From: Octopus vulgaris
Taxonomy: Eukaryota
Direction: 5' to 3'
NCBI GenBank assembly: GCA_951406725.2
Contig: OX597821.1
Location: 96,720,001 to 96,784,000 of the forward strand
Length of the DNA stretch: 64,000 nt
Shown: positions 33,848 to 49,232 of the stretch, in pieces
How positions within the stretch are numbered: the first letter of the stretch is position 1
Layout of the letters: each line of letters starts with the position of its first letter
The notes under the pieces: generated by a model
The model's database searches: none
Told to the model about the DNA's origin: nothing
The model's input: only the letters and a program-made list of their open reading frames with translations
Program-made: the position numbers and the translations under genes

Positions 33848-34050
33848 CTTTGCGTCTGTGTTCTTCCATCACCGCTTGACAACCGGTGTTGGTGCGTTTA
33901 AGTCCCCGTAACTTAGAGGTTCGGCAAAAAGAACCCGATAGAATAACTTCTACTTGGCTTAAATAATAAATCTTGACGTCGATTTCTTCGACTAAGACCC
34001 TTCAAGGTGGGTGCTCCAGCATGGTTGCAGTCAAACGGATGCAACAAATA
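33554..34050 (+). mobile_element. SINE family B, full length
   Basis: ggcgcaggcgtggttctgtgg head, B-box, internal (TG)n, 3' body shared with 30450-30645. Confidence 0.85.
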
Positions 34051-34299
34051 AAATAATAAAAGTGAAAATAATCATTTGACAGATGCGCTGGCGAATGTGC
34101 TTGCTCAACGCCTCACTAAAAGTTAAATGATTATAAAAGATAATAAAAGGTAACGAGGAACGGGAATCTTTACTTTGTCGTCTTAAAGTATTATGCGACG
34201 TGAAAGTAGAAGGGAACATAACTTTTTTTTTATCCTTTGCAAAAATGCGAAATAAAATTATGATGGAAAAAACTATGATTTCCTATTATGCATATTTAA

Positions 34300-36310
34300 A
34301 TATACAAACACATTTTTCAAACAATCTGTTACCCATGATGTGTAAAAAACAGCCTTCAAATCCAAAAGATGAAGATTTATATAAGTATCTGCAAAAAAGC
34401 GTTGCATCGGGTGTAAATTAGCAAATGTTGATACGATTGTAAGTTAGCGAATATCAAGCGTGTATGAGTAAGTCTTTAACCCTTGCTGCATCAACACTGA
34501 GAACCGTCATGAAAAATGCAAACAAAATAAAGGTTTCTGCCAGGACAGTTTCATTGTGATCAGTAAAAAAAGTGGATCATTTACCAAGTAAGTTTTTTTT
34601 GTTGGGGGTGGGTGATGTTTATCTATACAGGTGGACTAGTACACGCAGTGCAACATGACATCAAGCTAATTTAACAAAATGGAAAAGCAAGGAGCATCGT
34701 CAATAACTTATGAATAAAAGACAAAGATAATTCAGAAGCTTTCAGAATTGGTAATGGCTGGTTTAATGGATTGAAACAGAGTATCCAAATCTTTAACGAA
34801 GTCACAAAGATAGACATTTAGACAATCAAAGAATTTCCTCAAGTTCTTCAGGTTATCCTCGCGCTTCCTTCCCAACTTGTATTCAATGTTGATGAAACAA
34901 CCCAGCTTTGGACTGTTTCACACTAATATTTGTTAGTTAGTTAGTTAGTTAATTTTTTGGCTCAAAAAGCAAAAAGCAAGGCCATATAGGGGGACATGGA
35001 GTTATGTAAAGAGTTCAGGCCACTTCTGGTCAAGGGAGACTTTGAACCGAGCGGTCGTCGGCATCTTCACCATCTCGTCTGGCAGCTTATTCCACGGATC
35101 CGCAACCCGGACGGAGAAAGCCCCTCTCCTTCGATTGAGATGAAATCGTCGCAGATACAGCTTTTCGGAGTGACCCCGCAGCCGACGCTCTGGAGCAGGA
35201 GTGAAGAACAGCTCTTTCAAGAGTTTACACTTTCCGCTTATGATGTTGTGAGCGAGAATGAGATCACCACGGCGGCGGCGTTTTTCTAGAGAATTTGGAG
35301 TTAATTCTCCAAGTGATTTTATATTGAAGGCCAATACTCGTTTATTACTAAGAAGCATAAGAAGGATTTCAAAAATGCGACCAAAGAACATGATTGTTTA
35401 TGTTGCTCTTTTTTTTTTTTTTGCAACATAAAAATGCCTGTGATTTGGAAACCAAATAAGGAAGTCTGGGAGATATTAAAACAGTTCACATTGTGGGTTA
35501 GGGTATGCTTTGACTAACAGTGAAAGCATTATAACTTCAAGCCGAAAGAATTACTGGTGCTTGATAAAACTACAGGTCATGCTACAGAATCTTGCAACCT
35601 TTCGTGCTGCGTTCTTGTCGAAAAAGTTTGCCTACACCCACTCAAATATATTTCCTTAATGCAGCACATGTATCAAGGTATGATTTCTAATATGAAAGCC
35701 TATTATCTGTCGCAATTTCATATATACATATGGCCTCAAACTTGTTGACCAAAGAACCTGTTGATTATTTATGTTGCTTTTTTTTTTGCAACATAAACAA
35801 TCAATCAGGGACTTCTAGATAAACTACCATAACATGAAATCCGAAAATAACATCATGGATAATATCAAAGCAGTCTGTGAGGAAGTAACCGAAAACTACA
35901 TGAACAGAATTTGGAAGAAATTGTGTTCAGAAGCACGCGATTACTTCCTCGGGTTTTACAAAGAAGATGTGGCAGAAATCATCAGTGATATTGTTGAGCA
36001 GGTTATTTAAGATAAAATGCAAATGGGCGATATGAAAGATTTCAAATTATTAATAGAGCCTCTGCGTGTCTATTGATTAATTTAATGCTATTATAAACTT
36101 ATCTATTGAAGGTCCTCTAGCGTTAGCACAGCAACGCTTCTAATTGAGGTTGAAGACACCTACGGTACAGTCAGTAATTCCAGAAAGAATTCTTATTTGT
36201 GAATACCTCGGTAATAGCATCACCAACGTTATGGAAATTATGGACCATCTTGACTGGAAACTTAGCAACAAAACAGATGTTCTAGAGAGGCTATTCTGCT
36301 TCGTATGAAA
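34300..36310 (+). mobile_element. Decayed pogo/Tigger-like transposase remnant
   Basis: Traces NGWFNG, VFNVDET (34860-34880), MQHMYQGMISNMKAYY (LQPMDQG-like, 35658-35706). Confidence 0.5.
34932..35290 (-). mobile_element. CR1-clade LINE 3' end with (TAAC)n tail, nested in the Tigger remnant
   Basis: LEKRRRRGDLI...LRGHSEKL...FSVRVADPWNKLP C-terminal signature; gttagttagttag tail. Confidence 0.82.
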
Positions 36311-36321
36311 TGATTCAAGGA

Positions 36322-36740
36322 AGGCGGCAATCTGGCAGAAATGTTAGCACGCTGGGCGAAATGCTTAGTGGTATTTCGTCTGCCGTTACGTTCTGAGTTC
36401 AAATTCCGCCGAGGTCGATTTTGTCTTTCATCCTTTCGGGGTCGATAAATAAAGTACCAGTTACAAACTGGGTCGATATAATCGACTTAATCCGTTTGTC
36501 TGTCCTTGTTTGTCCCCTTTGTGTTTAGCCCCTTGTGGGTAGTAAAGAAATAGGTATTTCGTCTGTCTTTACGTTCTAAGTTCAAATTCTGCCGAGGTCG
36601 ACTTTGCCTTTTTATCTTTTCGGAGTCGATTAAATAAGTACCAGTTACACCGGGATCGATATAATCGACTTAATCCGTTTGTCTGTGCTTTTTGTCCCCT
36701 CTGTGTGTAGCCCCTTGTTTGGCAGTAGAGAAATAAGAAA
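36322..36740 (+). mobile_element. SINE family A with internal tandem duplication
   Basis: The unit ggtatttcgtctg...agcccctt occurs twice (36370-36550 and 36552-36735). Confidence 0.85.
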
Positions 36741-38613
36741 GTAAGAAATGATTCAAGGAAACGCACACATTGCATGCATTCTTTGAATATCATTGAAAAT
36801 CGTATATCTGTGGTGAGCTTCTACAGCCTTAATCCTCATCTCAGAAACAATATCATCTGTTATAGTACTGATACTTTTCAACTGAATTAACAGCGGGTAA
36901 GCCTCTGTGTGCTTATTGATTAATTCAATGCTATTATAACAGAATTAGATCCTGATTAATTAAACATAATTTCCAATTTCTTCATAACTTTAGATCACAA
37001 TATGTAACGTTACATTGTGTACAGTTATCTAAAGTTCTTAAAAGCAAATACATCATATATTTGCATTTCGGTCATTTAGCGATTTTTATTCGTGATCGTA
37101 ATGCCATTAAAGGTAGCTCGTATTTCTATTTGTTATGTTACAAACGATTCCCTACGTAGCACTGTTGCGTTTAGCGCTCCATTTTTAGAAACGTTTGTAA
37201 AGTACTAACTGAAGATTTATAGTATATAAGTGTATGCATACGTGTGCGTGTATACGCTCATTTCACAAATATATAAAACAAAAAGGAATGACAAGAAGAG
37301 AATTACAGTCTACAAACACTGGTTTAACAAAATACTTGGTGTCTCTTTCTATGTCCTTCCTTCTCTTAGATAAAAATTAATAGAAACACCTTCTGAAGGA
37401 AATGATGGCTTGTTAATACGTTTCGTCAAAAGAATGACGTTGTAACCGATGAAATCTTCATCATCGGATTTTAAATAATTCAATAATTAATTTTTGGTAA
37501 TTCACAGAGCTTATTTAACCTTAAGTGTATAAGTGCGTTGATATCTATTTTGCATTTTGTATTTTCAATTAATTGAACTATGCTTCTCTACATGTCCAGC
37601 TACACGCGATTTTAACGTCAAGCAGAAATACACAGAGCTATCCAGGTCGAATATTATCATAGGCACAAATTGAAATGATATCTGTTGTAAACTTTCCCAA
37701 TAGTTTAAATTATGTTACTAAGTATTTCCTTATACTCTTCGGTATGCACCTCTCTGCCTCATACGGATATCAAAAATGTTCAATAGCAATCCTATTCAGA
37801 TTAGCAGTAGTTGTATGGTTAGCACAGAATATGAAATCATTGATCACATCTTAAAAAATCGTTAACCAAAGAAACCTTCCCGAATACAACTCCATGACTC
37901 GAAGTCCTGTAAATAAAAACTATGCATGTCGAAAGAAATAGTATACGGAGTAGTTGCACAATCAGTAGACCACAAAATAAGGCCTACATAAGCTTCACCG
38001 TATATATGTTTAAAGCTTGATACAAACAACACATCAGTTTGTTTAGGTCCACAAATAAGTGTAATGCAACTTAAATTTCCATATACATTTGGACTTTAAA
38101 AGACTAGGGTGAAAGCCACCCACGATAAAATTGTGTATTATTGCAAAGGAAACACATATAGCAATGTCAACTAAATCTCAATCAGAAAGGCTCATGACTT
38201 GATTCTAACCGATCATATTTTTAGCATGAAAGAAACAGTCTCGCTGTATATATACATATGCATATGTGTGTATTTATGAATATACGTATGTGTTGGTGTG
38301 TGTATGTGTGTGTGTACATACTTTATGTGGATGTGATTGCATGCGTACGTATTAACTTATATTTATATTTATAAATTTGAACTCGCACCAATGTTTTCAC
38401 ATGAAATGATTAAGGAATTAAACAATTCATGGTGAACGCAAATTTTTACAAAGATCCTGGGGTTGATGCAACGGAAACAACAATTAGGATTTTCTTATAA
38501 ATTACCTCATAAGATATGTGCTTTTATTTATTTATTCTCAAATCACGTACAGTCTCGTGAGGTTTCGTGTATTTTCATCAAAGGGGGAAACGAGTACTAA
38601 CGTCACATGTAAC

Positions 38614-38665
38614 AGGCTTGATAATTGTCGAGAGATTTGTATCAGCATGAAACCAATGGTAGCCT
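38614..38665 (+). ncRNA. Degenerate hammerhead motif in a (TA)n-terminated element
   Basis: AGGC-UUGAUAA-UUG..CAU-GAAA-CCAAUGG-UA-GCCU. The 3' half recurs reverse-complemented at 27693-27713 next to another TA tract. Confidence 0.45.
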
Positions 38666-38823
38666 TATTAACCCACAAAAAGAAAAGAATATTTTACCAT
38701 CAATGCGGTGTTGAGCACTCAGTCATACTATTCGATATTAGCCTATATATATATATATATATATATATATAATGAAGATTGAGAGAGAGAGAGAAATAAA
38801 TTGTTAGACAGACAGACAGACAG

Positions 38824-38934
<111 letters not shown>

Positions 38935-41900
38935 CTTGTATTTTACGTTCTGACTTCAAATACTTGCGTGATCGACTGTCAAGTATGGGACCTTCTGAAT
39001 GAATGTATCTTATCTCCAGATGTCTTGATCTGATGGTTATGTTAGGAATTCTATTAAAATAGTATTTAATAGGGGAGAGGAATTGTAGATATAGTAGAGC
39101 TCCGAATGAGAATACCACGATATATCCAAATGAATTTCTTGAGTTGAACTTCAGCTGGAGTCAATAGTTCTGTTGTTTTCATTGCTCCAGGAGTGTGTAT
39201 TGGTTGAAACAGGGCAAGATCTGTTCTTTGATCAATTCAGTTTACCGTAATCCGTCCTTGTTTTTAAACGTATGCTAAAAATAAAAGTGGGAGGTTTAGA
39301 AGAACACCAGAAGAAAAAGTAAAACAAAGAAAAACCAATTATTGTCATCATATTTCATATTTTGGATTTAAATTTTGCGACATCGAAACTATTTGAATAA
39401 TATACAGCAGACAGATAATAATATAGCCAGTGAGGTCAAGCTGTGTCTTGAGGGATCATAGATCTACAAAATGAAAATTTGTCTCATAGATGCAGGCCTA
39501 AAAAGGCTTTCTTTTTCTGAAAGAGCAGCAGTTATCCATGCATGGAAGTATCTTATCTCCACACCAATAAGAAAGAAAAGAGATGGGCTAATACAAATTC
39601 GCACCAGTTTTGCCACAGACATTGCTGTCATGAACGCAAGAAGCTGGAACAGATATTACCATGCATCCCGTTCGATGTTCTAACAGTTTCGCTAAATCAT
39701 CACCCTGGAAAGATACTTTACTTAGAGATCCAGAAATAATGAATTGTAAATTTGATCTTGCAGGATCTCAGTTTATCGAGAAGGCTGGAAGAAGAATACC
39801 ACAAAACATTTCATCTCACGCTCTCATGACTCTGCCATTTAACCACATTAATGATAGCATTTAATCGTACGGTATACTAACTATTTGTTGGGGTATTGTT
39901 ATGCTTCATAAATTACATAAGAGACTGCTAACTGCAATTTATCACGCTTTTAAACAACTACTTGTTTTCAGTAAAATAGAGTGACATATGGTTTAGTTGT
40001 ATTATAGAAAGATAAGATGTTTAGGCGTTCATAATCATCCAAAACTCCGCGCAGTTCGCTTTAGTTTTAGAATAATTTTCATAAGATTATATGAGATATT
40101 ATTTTTATGATTAGAAAACACGTTACTGTTAGTAAATCAAGAAAACATTGTTGTTATCAGTTGTTCTATCTAAAACATTAATAATGCCAGAACATTTATT
40201 ACTAGATTCATTAAAGCGTGCAGACGTCCGATATTTGAAATTGAAGGACTTCAGATGTTATCTTCGAAAATAATGTCCTCTAAATAACAGACGTCGTTGG
40301 ATAAATATTTTTATGTTAAACTCGCCCAAACTGAATCATGGACAGTCGCGTGGTTGTTCACTTTTTAATGTTATTTTCTGACTTAAACATGAACCCAATT
40401 TATTTTCTGGAATAAGAATTTCTCGTTTGTATGGACCATCTCCACTACAAGCAATATCATCACCAATCAAAATAGCAGAATCAGTAGATCGTCGGATAAA
40501 ATGCCCTGTGATATTCGGTTACAGACGTTACTGTTATGATTCCGCTGAAGTCGATTTATGCCCTTCAGGATCGATAAAATAAAGTACCAGTTAATTACTT
40601 AAATTGATTAATTCGACATTAATACATGACTAATACTTGCGGTCGCGTACCTGCATTAGAAATAGGGCCTTTGCTGTATGTGGAGCAAGAGGGACAAAGT
40701 ACGGAGCAGTGGTGACAATTTACCACTGTGAAAAGGGGACACGCTGAGTCTTCATCGCCTCCACAGTTTCCAGAGTGGAGAATCTACGCATCTCAATACA
40801 GTGATATCTCCACTTTATGTCAGGAATACCTTTGAACTTTGAACGAAACCTGAGTGTTAACTATAGTCGAAGAAAACGGGTGGGTCACAGGACCAAAACC
40901 CACCACACTGTAAAATCGGATGGGAGGAGATGTCTTTGGAGTTCCAGGTGTTAGTTGTGCCTGAAGATGTTGGCGACTTTTGTTATAAAGTAAAGCGAAT
41001 AATGATATTGTGCTCAGGTAACAACTTTATAAACGAACGAAGAAAATATTGTAACAATTCCAAACCGAAGGGCAGAATGGCGAACTCTAACTTAAATTGT
41101 CTAAGATGAAAATGAACCAGAGTAAGTGCGCTAAGGCGAAAAGAGTAACTCCACAACAATGAGTCGATGTATATCTATCGTCACCTGGTTGAATCCAAAG
41201 TGCCCCTTCGGACGAATCGACGTAAGCTTAAATAATAAACGATGTGGAAGTGAAAAACATCACATGTTAGAATCGTGTCCATTGATTGGATGACACTTAA
41301 TAAACAATGTTTTGTGTCGAGACAACTGGAGTTGTCTCAACTTTCACGAATGGCCCTGCTTTTATGAGTAGGAGGGAATGCGGAGCTAGTCGAATTTGGG
41401 AAGTCCGAATGCACCATGAGATTAGAACTTACAGTCCTCTGTCTCACAAAGAAGAAAAGTAAGTTAAAAGACGCTTCCCGCTGCATCTGTCTTCTCAATC
41501 ACTTTTACCTGATATCCATAGCAGCGAGAACATTGGTAACAACGTTTTGAGAAAGTTAGAAATTACAACGACAACCGTTCATAAAATGACCAAAACAAAA
41601 CAACATGCATAAAACCTTGAACACAAACGGCCAAGCGCAGTCATACACAGATATCACCTTAACACCTTCCAATTCTTCGAATGAAGAAGACAGAAGCTCA
41701 GAGTTAGAAGAAAAGTAGAAACTAAAGAGAGATCATCATAACAGAAGAGGAGGTGGCAGGAGAAACACAATCATGACTTCTAGACTTCATGTATAGAAGC
41801 TGGCAATCTCACCAAAAAGATAAACAAAATAACAAAGCGAAAGAAACGAATCAGCCGACTAGCCACGAATAGCAACAACATCAGCAGCAGCAGTATCAAA

Positions 41901-41989
41901 AGAAGCAATAATAAAAACAACAATAATTACAACTATCACAGCAGCATAAGATACAAAAACAAAAGGCTCAGTTGCAGCACTAGCACTAG

Positions 41990-42960
41990 CGAAAATTAAA
42001 GACGAAACAAAACAAGACTTAACTCTCCATAAATCTGCTGTTGTTGGAAAGGACATCAGAGATTTAATAAAGTTTGTACAGAAGTATAATGGCAACAACC
42101 GACAGGGCGGAAATAAAGGAATTTCTATCAAAGACAAAAACAAGTTGTTGATGCAGATGGCACCAGGAGTCTTCCGGGATTTCAGGAAAAATTGCAAGAC
42201 TAAAGAGACAAACAAAAACCAAGGTTTCTGAGACAAGCTCATTCGCTCTACTTCTCGATGACTACGAGGTCAACGCCTCTTTCGAGCCGAATAGAATGAC
42301 AGAAGTGTTTCGGAAATGCATGAATCTAGATATAAATACAGTTTCATAAATCCAGAGGTTAGGTCTGTGGCCATAGAGCTGAGGAGAAATGGAGGCGATA
42401 GTACTTTCAGTTTGGGAGCCATTTATGTTCCGACGAGTGCTGAAAAGCCGAATTTTTTCAGATGTTTCGAGTATTTTCTTGGAGCCTCACACGAGATGGT
42501 AGTTGTAGACGACAGGAATGAGTTTTTTTAGACGTATGCAAGATTTGTATGGAAGTAGTCGATAGGTATGTGGAGAATAAACATCTCGCAGTCTGTACAG
42601 GTGTTTTCAACTGCCTAATAAGTATTTCCTGGACTTCCAGAAAGCACTAATTTCGACTTCAAGACAAACAGCGGTGAATCATCCATATCATACATAGACC
42701 GAGTTTTCATTGAGTCACTGGATAAAGATAACGTAACTATGTAACTCGTTCATATTTCCGGATAGTTCGCTACAGAGACCAAACATTTGTGATGTGTGCA
42801 GTCAACTTAGATAAGACTTTAAAAAGAACCAGGAAAATTTAATCCTGAATCCTGGAGTCTCAATGTAGCATTCCCGGCATAGATTTCAGGGATAATTAAA
42901 GAATTAATAAAAAGAGAATTGATGGGTGCATTTATTAATAACAAGTGGTAAGTTTCAGTA
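41990..42960 (+). pseudogene. Decayed L1/Tx1-like AP-endonuclease region
   Basis: AIYVPTSAEKPNFF, MVVVDDRN (GDFN-like), SYIDRVF and WSLN traces in the expected order. Confidence 0.55.
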
Positions 42961-43448
42961 AAGAGAGAAAAGAAAATTAAAGTAAAATCTGTCAATTACG
43001 GGAAAGATGTAGCGACAGGAAAATTTTCCTGTCGCTACAGGAAAATTTAATATCCTCTGTGTTACAGTAATTGCCAGCAATTGATATACAACGGGAAAGA
43101 ATGTGAGAGCACACGCCTAGACCACCAACAATCTCGTTGGAGATTGGTGGTCTTCTAGGCATGTGCTCACACGTTTTGTCTGATATACAATGTGTGAATG
43201 TGTGCGCGCATGTGTGTTTCTTTGGGTGTATATATCTATGTATCACTATGTATGTATATGTTTATATATGTGTGTATATATGCATGAGAGTATCCTACGT
43301 AGGTCTATATGTGTATTTACTGGAAGGTTCGGTCATCAATATAATGTGTTGAGTCATATATTCATATATATTCTCAAGACAGGATATATGTACATGTGTG
43401 TACAATATATATATATATACGTGTATATATATGTGTGTGCGTGTATGA

Positions 43449-43489
<41 letters not shown>

Positions 43490-43515
43490 CATATATACAT
43501 ACATATATACATACA

Positions 43516-43560
<45 letters not shown>

Positions 43561-46034
43561 CTCGAAAAATCGACCGCTATGAACAACTCTCCTCGAGGTT
43601 TGTGAAAACAGGCAACACCGAACATTATCCAGTCGAAACTGGAAGTAGAAGTTTCATTGGAAACAGAAGGTGAAGGTTGTTGTTGCTAGGCCTAACAAAA
43701 CGTAAACTAAATTCCGTCTTGAGCAATAGCCACGCTTCAGTAGAGAAGACAAACCACTGAATTTGGTTGAAAAGAAACTATGAGTAATGGCTAAAAAAAA
43801 TATTGAGTGAAGCCTAGTAACCAGATGATCTAGCAAGTAGGGTCTCATCTTAGTGAAGCAGGGGGATGGCCCCGAAACAGCGCGCATTCTCTCCTGATGA
43901 CTCCATAAGATTGCTAGTGTCCGGCATGAAGAACTTTCAATTGGTAGCGATTGTATCTGCAAGTTGTTTGAAAATAATCTAAGAAATCTCGGTAACGGGT
44001 CATCCGCAGATGTTTATAATGCTCGTGACAGACTAGACCAATACAAGAGAATATTAATCTTTCGTCAGCTTAATACCTTGAAACCAACGCTAAGCACCGA
44101 CACTTAATTGTCAATGGATGGATGGATGGATGGATTTCACTATCTCAAAAACTGTTAAATACGCTTCTATATTTAACATTAATTCATTAAGATTTAGTTA
44201 TCTCCCCTGTTATTTTTGATCAGAATATATCATTTAGAAAACTATTGTTCACTTCTGGTGGTAATTTTATTAATTAGAATTTTTTTGCCTTACTATATCA
44301 AATGTGTTCGGACCAACTTGATTATTAAACTTTCATGCTGCAGGTATCCTTGGATATTTTCCCAAGACACTCTGTGTGCACGTACGTCTGTATGTGTGTC
44401 TTTGGGCGTGTGTCTATATATATATATAAGTGTGTAATTGAAATTGTTTATTATGTGTCTATGTGCCTGTAACTGTGTATGCGCTTGAGTGTCTGCGTTT
44501 ATGTGTGTCTATGTATGTTTGTGACTATGTTTCACTGTGTGTAATGTTATCTGTGTTATTAACTCATTCCATATTTATTACTCGGTAAATACTGCGTAAT
44601 AAATAAACCTCGATGATAAAATTCATTAGAAGCAATAAAATACTTAAACCTATGTCTGGATCGGAAGCGACATCAAACTATACATAATGCATCGTTTGTA
44701 TCCTCGGGTGGGTCACAGAATTCGTGCTTATTCTTAGTGTTTCTATGCAGGAAAATCGAATGCAGATTCGGAAGAATGCCAGACTTAAAAGACACATGTA
44801 GCGATGGACCTTTAAGTTCCGAGTTCAAATCTTGATGAAGTCTACGTTGCATTTTAGCTTTCTGGGATCGATAAAATAAAGTACAAGTTAGGTACTGTTC
44901 GGTCTAACTGACTTCCCTTCCCTCAAAACATTGTGTGGTCTTGTGTCTATATCTGAAATCATTATCATTTAAAAAAATTTTTCACACCAAATCGTCATCG
45001 TTCGACTGGGAGCCAATACACAGTCACTAAACTTGCTAGAAATACTAGCCAAATTTTCCTCAGACTTCTTTGTAACGATGTTGATGGGAAAGTAATGCCA
45101 GATTGGGTTTGCTGCCGAACTAAATTCATTTCAGTGCTTAGTATCATCCTTCTATGCATTGAGTTTAAATCGTGCCTGGGCCGTTTTATATCTTATCCCG
45201 TAAGGAAGTCGAGTGTTTGATAAAATATAATTCGGTCACATACTGGGATCGATTCAGGATTCAATACACCAAACACCCAGTGAAGTATTATGATGATAAT
45301 GGTGGTGGTGCTGGGGTTCATAATAATGATGATTTCCAACACTAAGACAGGCCTAGAAATTTGAGAAACGGGTACTGTCGATTAAATCAACCACAGTTCT
45401 TTGTTGGATTGGTACTTACGTCGTAAAACATACAAAGATTTAAAGCAAAGTCGACTGTGATGGGATTTCAGCATACCTAACACATTGCTAGCTGATTTTC
45501 AGGAAGACAGGCGTGGTCGCACGAACGCTGATCACCTCTGTCCGCCGCTGTCATCATCCAGTGTAGCCTACAGATGTATCAGTCACAGCGCATGCTTGTG
45601 CGTAATTAATCATGGAATTTCTCCAAAGGAACAGATAGATTGATCAGGTGACTCGGCTACACGTTGGCAAGAGATTGACAATCTGACGATGGGAACCTGC
45701 TCTACGAGTAACAACCGAGAGGACATACGCTCTTTTCATAATCCATTTCTGAGTGTGAGACTGGCCACTTCTGACAAGGCAGTGTTGAGAGGATGTTCAT
45801 GGAATACCAGTCGGAAGTGACTAACGTCTTACATCGTCTTGCTGGTTTCTGCTGACAGACCGTCGCCTATTTCTTGTTCCCAAGCTCATAGACTTTCACG
45901 TGATTCAAATAAAACTTTGGTCACTATTGGTCAATATTTATCTAATTTTTATAAGAAAGAAAACTTTTCATGTACTTCTCATACCTAAGTTAGTTACTTA
46001 ATTGTTACTATCAAAGGTATTTCACACTGGACCG

Positions 46035-46131
<97 letters not shown>

Positions 46132-47157
46132 TCAGGTAATATTACGTTTGATAATGGTTATGATGACATGTGTGTGTGTGTGTGTACTCATGCATTCATG
46201 CACGCATATACACACACATACACACACACACACATTTATATATGCATATAAGTATGTATATGTGCAGCCGTGAATGCGTGTATATGATCTCAGATATTTC
46301 GTTTCGTCTAACTTTTCACTTTATATTGTGAATTGTTTATTTGCTTGTTTGTTATTATGCTTTATTCTCTCAGTTTCTATTTAACATGTTAATGTACAAT
46401 GTCTCACGTGACTAACCACCCAGAGGTCGATTGAACCACAATTATTCTCACTGAAGTAGATCTACTCGTTTTACTAGCACACTCACTAAGTCAAACAACT
46501 CACTGCATTGCGACTAAAAACTACTCGCAGAGTAGTTGCGTCACCATTCTGCTGTTTAGATCGATCGATGGTCTCTGTTTTTGTTCTGCATTAATAAGAT
46601 TGAATTATGGGAGACCAGAGTTGACCGGTATGTTGAGGCGGTATCGAACTATTCACTAAAGTACAGGCTCGGGGATTGTTAGTTCGAGTTTTCTCATAAG
46701 CACAGTCAACTCCCGTTACCGCTCTGTTTAAGGGCAAATTAGGCCTAAATTTATTCTCCCTTGCCGGCCTATACAAGCCCTACATAAAGACTTTTGAGTC
46801 GAGATGGGTATGCAAAGTCTGTATGATTGTAAATAGATACCGTGATGGATTCTTATTAATTAGCAGTTAATCTAGTACTTTGAAGTAGTGACAGCCTGGA
46901 GAAGTGCAGACAACTTCTTTATAAATAGGTATTACGCGGACGTAAAATGCATCTCATAGTAGGTATATGCTATATTATGAACTGTCCACTAAGCTGTAAT
47001 TGCCATAAATATATACATACATATGCACATACATTCATACTTGCATATTATATATGCATATATGTGTGTGCATATGCGTGTATATATTTATGTATGTGTT
47101 TGTGTATGTGTGTGTGTGACAACAGATCAATAAGCAAGCAGACTGATAGATGAGTAC

Positions 47158-47428
<271 letters not shown>

Positions 47429-47573
47429 GACAGAAGATAAAGTACAGAAAAAGCGTGTATTTGTGTGTGTGAGTGTCTGTTTGTGTGCGTGCGAGCGCGT
47501 GCGTATGTGTGAGTGCGTGTGTATGTGTGTGTGTGTGTAAACTGTAGCAAAATTTATATTCTTTTATATTTAA

Positions 47574-47971
47574 CTAGCAGTATCGCCCAGCGTTGCTCGG
47601 GTTTGTAAGGGAAATAACTATATAAGCATTTTTAGAGTTATAGCCAAAAGATAGCAAAAAAAATGCATTAAAAATAGCAAAAAAAATGATGGTAATTTTT
47701 TTTTTAAATTGTTGACTCATCGTAGACATTTTTAGAGAGTTACTTCCCTTATATAATAGCGAAAAAATGCATTAAAATGGAAAAACATGATGGTAATTTT
47801 TTTTTAATCGTAGACTCATCGTAGACGCGCGCTAATACCCAGAAGGGCTCGATATGAATCACGACTATAAGATACCCGCTTTTGGTTAAACTGCACCCCA
47901 AAATGTGGGAGTAGTTAGGAATCTAAATCGTAGGAGACACACACCACACAAATCACTTTTATATATAAAGA
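47574..47971 (-). mobile_element. Non-autonomous Helitron
   Basis: 5' TC start, subterminal hairpin cccgagcaacgc.ggg, 3' CTAG, between A and T; three copies in the window. Confidence 0.85.
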
Positions 47972-48049
47972 TATGCATGCTTTTGGTCTCGTTATATAAT
48001 AAACCCTGAAATTTAGCCACACATATATCTACGCAATATTTTATTTCTT

Positions 48050-48288
48050 TATTGTCCACAAGGGGATAAACATAGAGGGGATAAACATAGAGGGGACAAA
48101 CAAGGATAGACAAAGGGGTTAAGTCGATTACATCGACCCCAGTGCGTAACTGGTACTTAATTTATCGACCCCGAAAGGATGAAAGGCAAAGTCGACCTCA
48201 GCAGAATTTGAACTCAGAACGTATCGGCAGGCGAAATATCTCTAAGCATTTCACTCGGCGTGCTAACGATTCTGCCAGCTCGCCGCCG
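48050..48288 (-). mobile_element. SINE family A
   Basis: Homologous to 650-876. Confidence 0.85.
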
Positions 48289-48434
48289 ATGAATATATCT
48301 GTGTTTGTGTGTATGTATGTATTTATATATGTATGTATGCATGTATGTATTATGTAGGTATGTATGTATGTATGTATGTATGTATGTATGTATGTATGTA
48401 TTTATGTATGTATGTATGTATGTATGTATGTATG

Positions 48435-48468
<34 letters not shown>

Positions 48469-48635
48469 TATATGTATGCATGTATGTATGGATGCATGCA
48501 TGCACTATGTGCGTATATGCGTGTACGTGTACAGACTGCGTACAGAACGAAAGGAAAGAGCTTTCAGTATGTGCTGCATAGGTTAAATATTTGTATTCAC
48601 CAATTGATGCAGATGGCCTCCCTGAGTCAATCTAT

Positions 48636-48641
48636 TAATAC

Positions 48642-48701
<60 letters not shown>

Positions 48702-48758
48702 GTAATAATAACAATAATAATAATAATAATAGTAATAGTAATAATAATAATAATAGTA

Positions 48759-48852
<94 letters not shown>

Positions 48853-48875
48853 TGATGATGATGATGATGATGATG

Positions 48876-48930
<55 letters not shown>

Positions 48931-48971
48931 TGATGATAATAATAATAATAATAATAATGATGATGATGATG

Positions 48972-49034
<63 letters not shown>

Positions 49035-49037
49035 TAA
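48636..49037. repeat. ~400-bp compound (TAA/TGA)n array
   Basis: Seen directly. Confidence 0.97.
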
Positions 49038-49232
49038 TTATCCAGTGCGACCATGAGATAAAGAATAGGAAGCCGGACATAGTCTTAATTGAGAAAGGAA
49101 ACAAACTATGCTGGATCATTGATATAGCATGCCCAGCTGACGACAAGGTATGCGATAAGGCAGAAAGAAAAGTCGAGAGATATGGCAGGTTAGCTTGGGA
49201 AGTTAAGCAGCTGTGGTCGATGAAAAAGGTGA
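49038..49232 (+). mobile_element. Fragment of the second R4/Dong-like family directly after a long (TAA)n
   Basis: Highly similar to 10370-10560 (IQCDH..NRKPDIVLIEK..IIDIACP). Confidence 0.8.

Noticed and set aside
39380-39870. Cluster of short ORFs in complex sequence
   Set aside because: No recognisable family or splice structure; probably an old transposon remnant but unsupported.
43845-43912. Hammerhead-like GUGAAGC-A-GGGG..CCCC-GAAA-CAG
   Set aside because: Two core substitutions and no clean UH/stem I junction; too degenerate to call.
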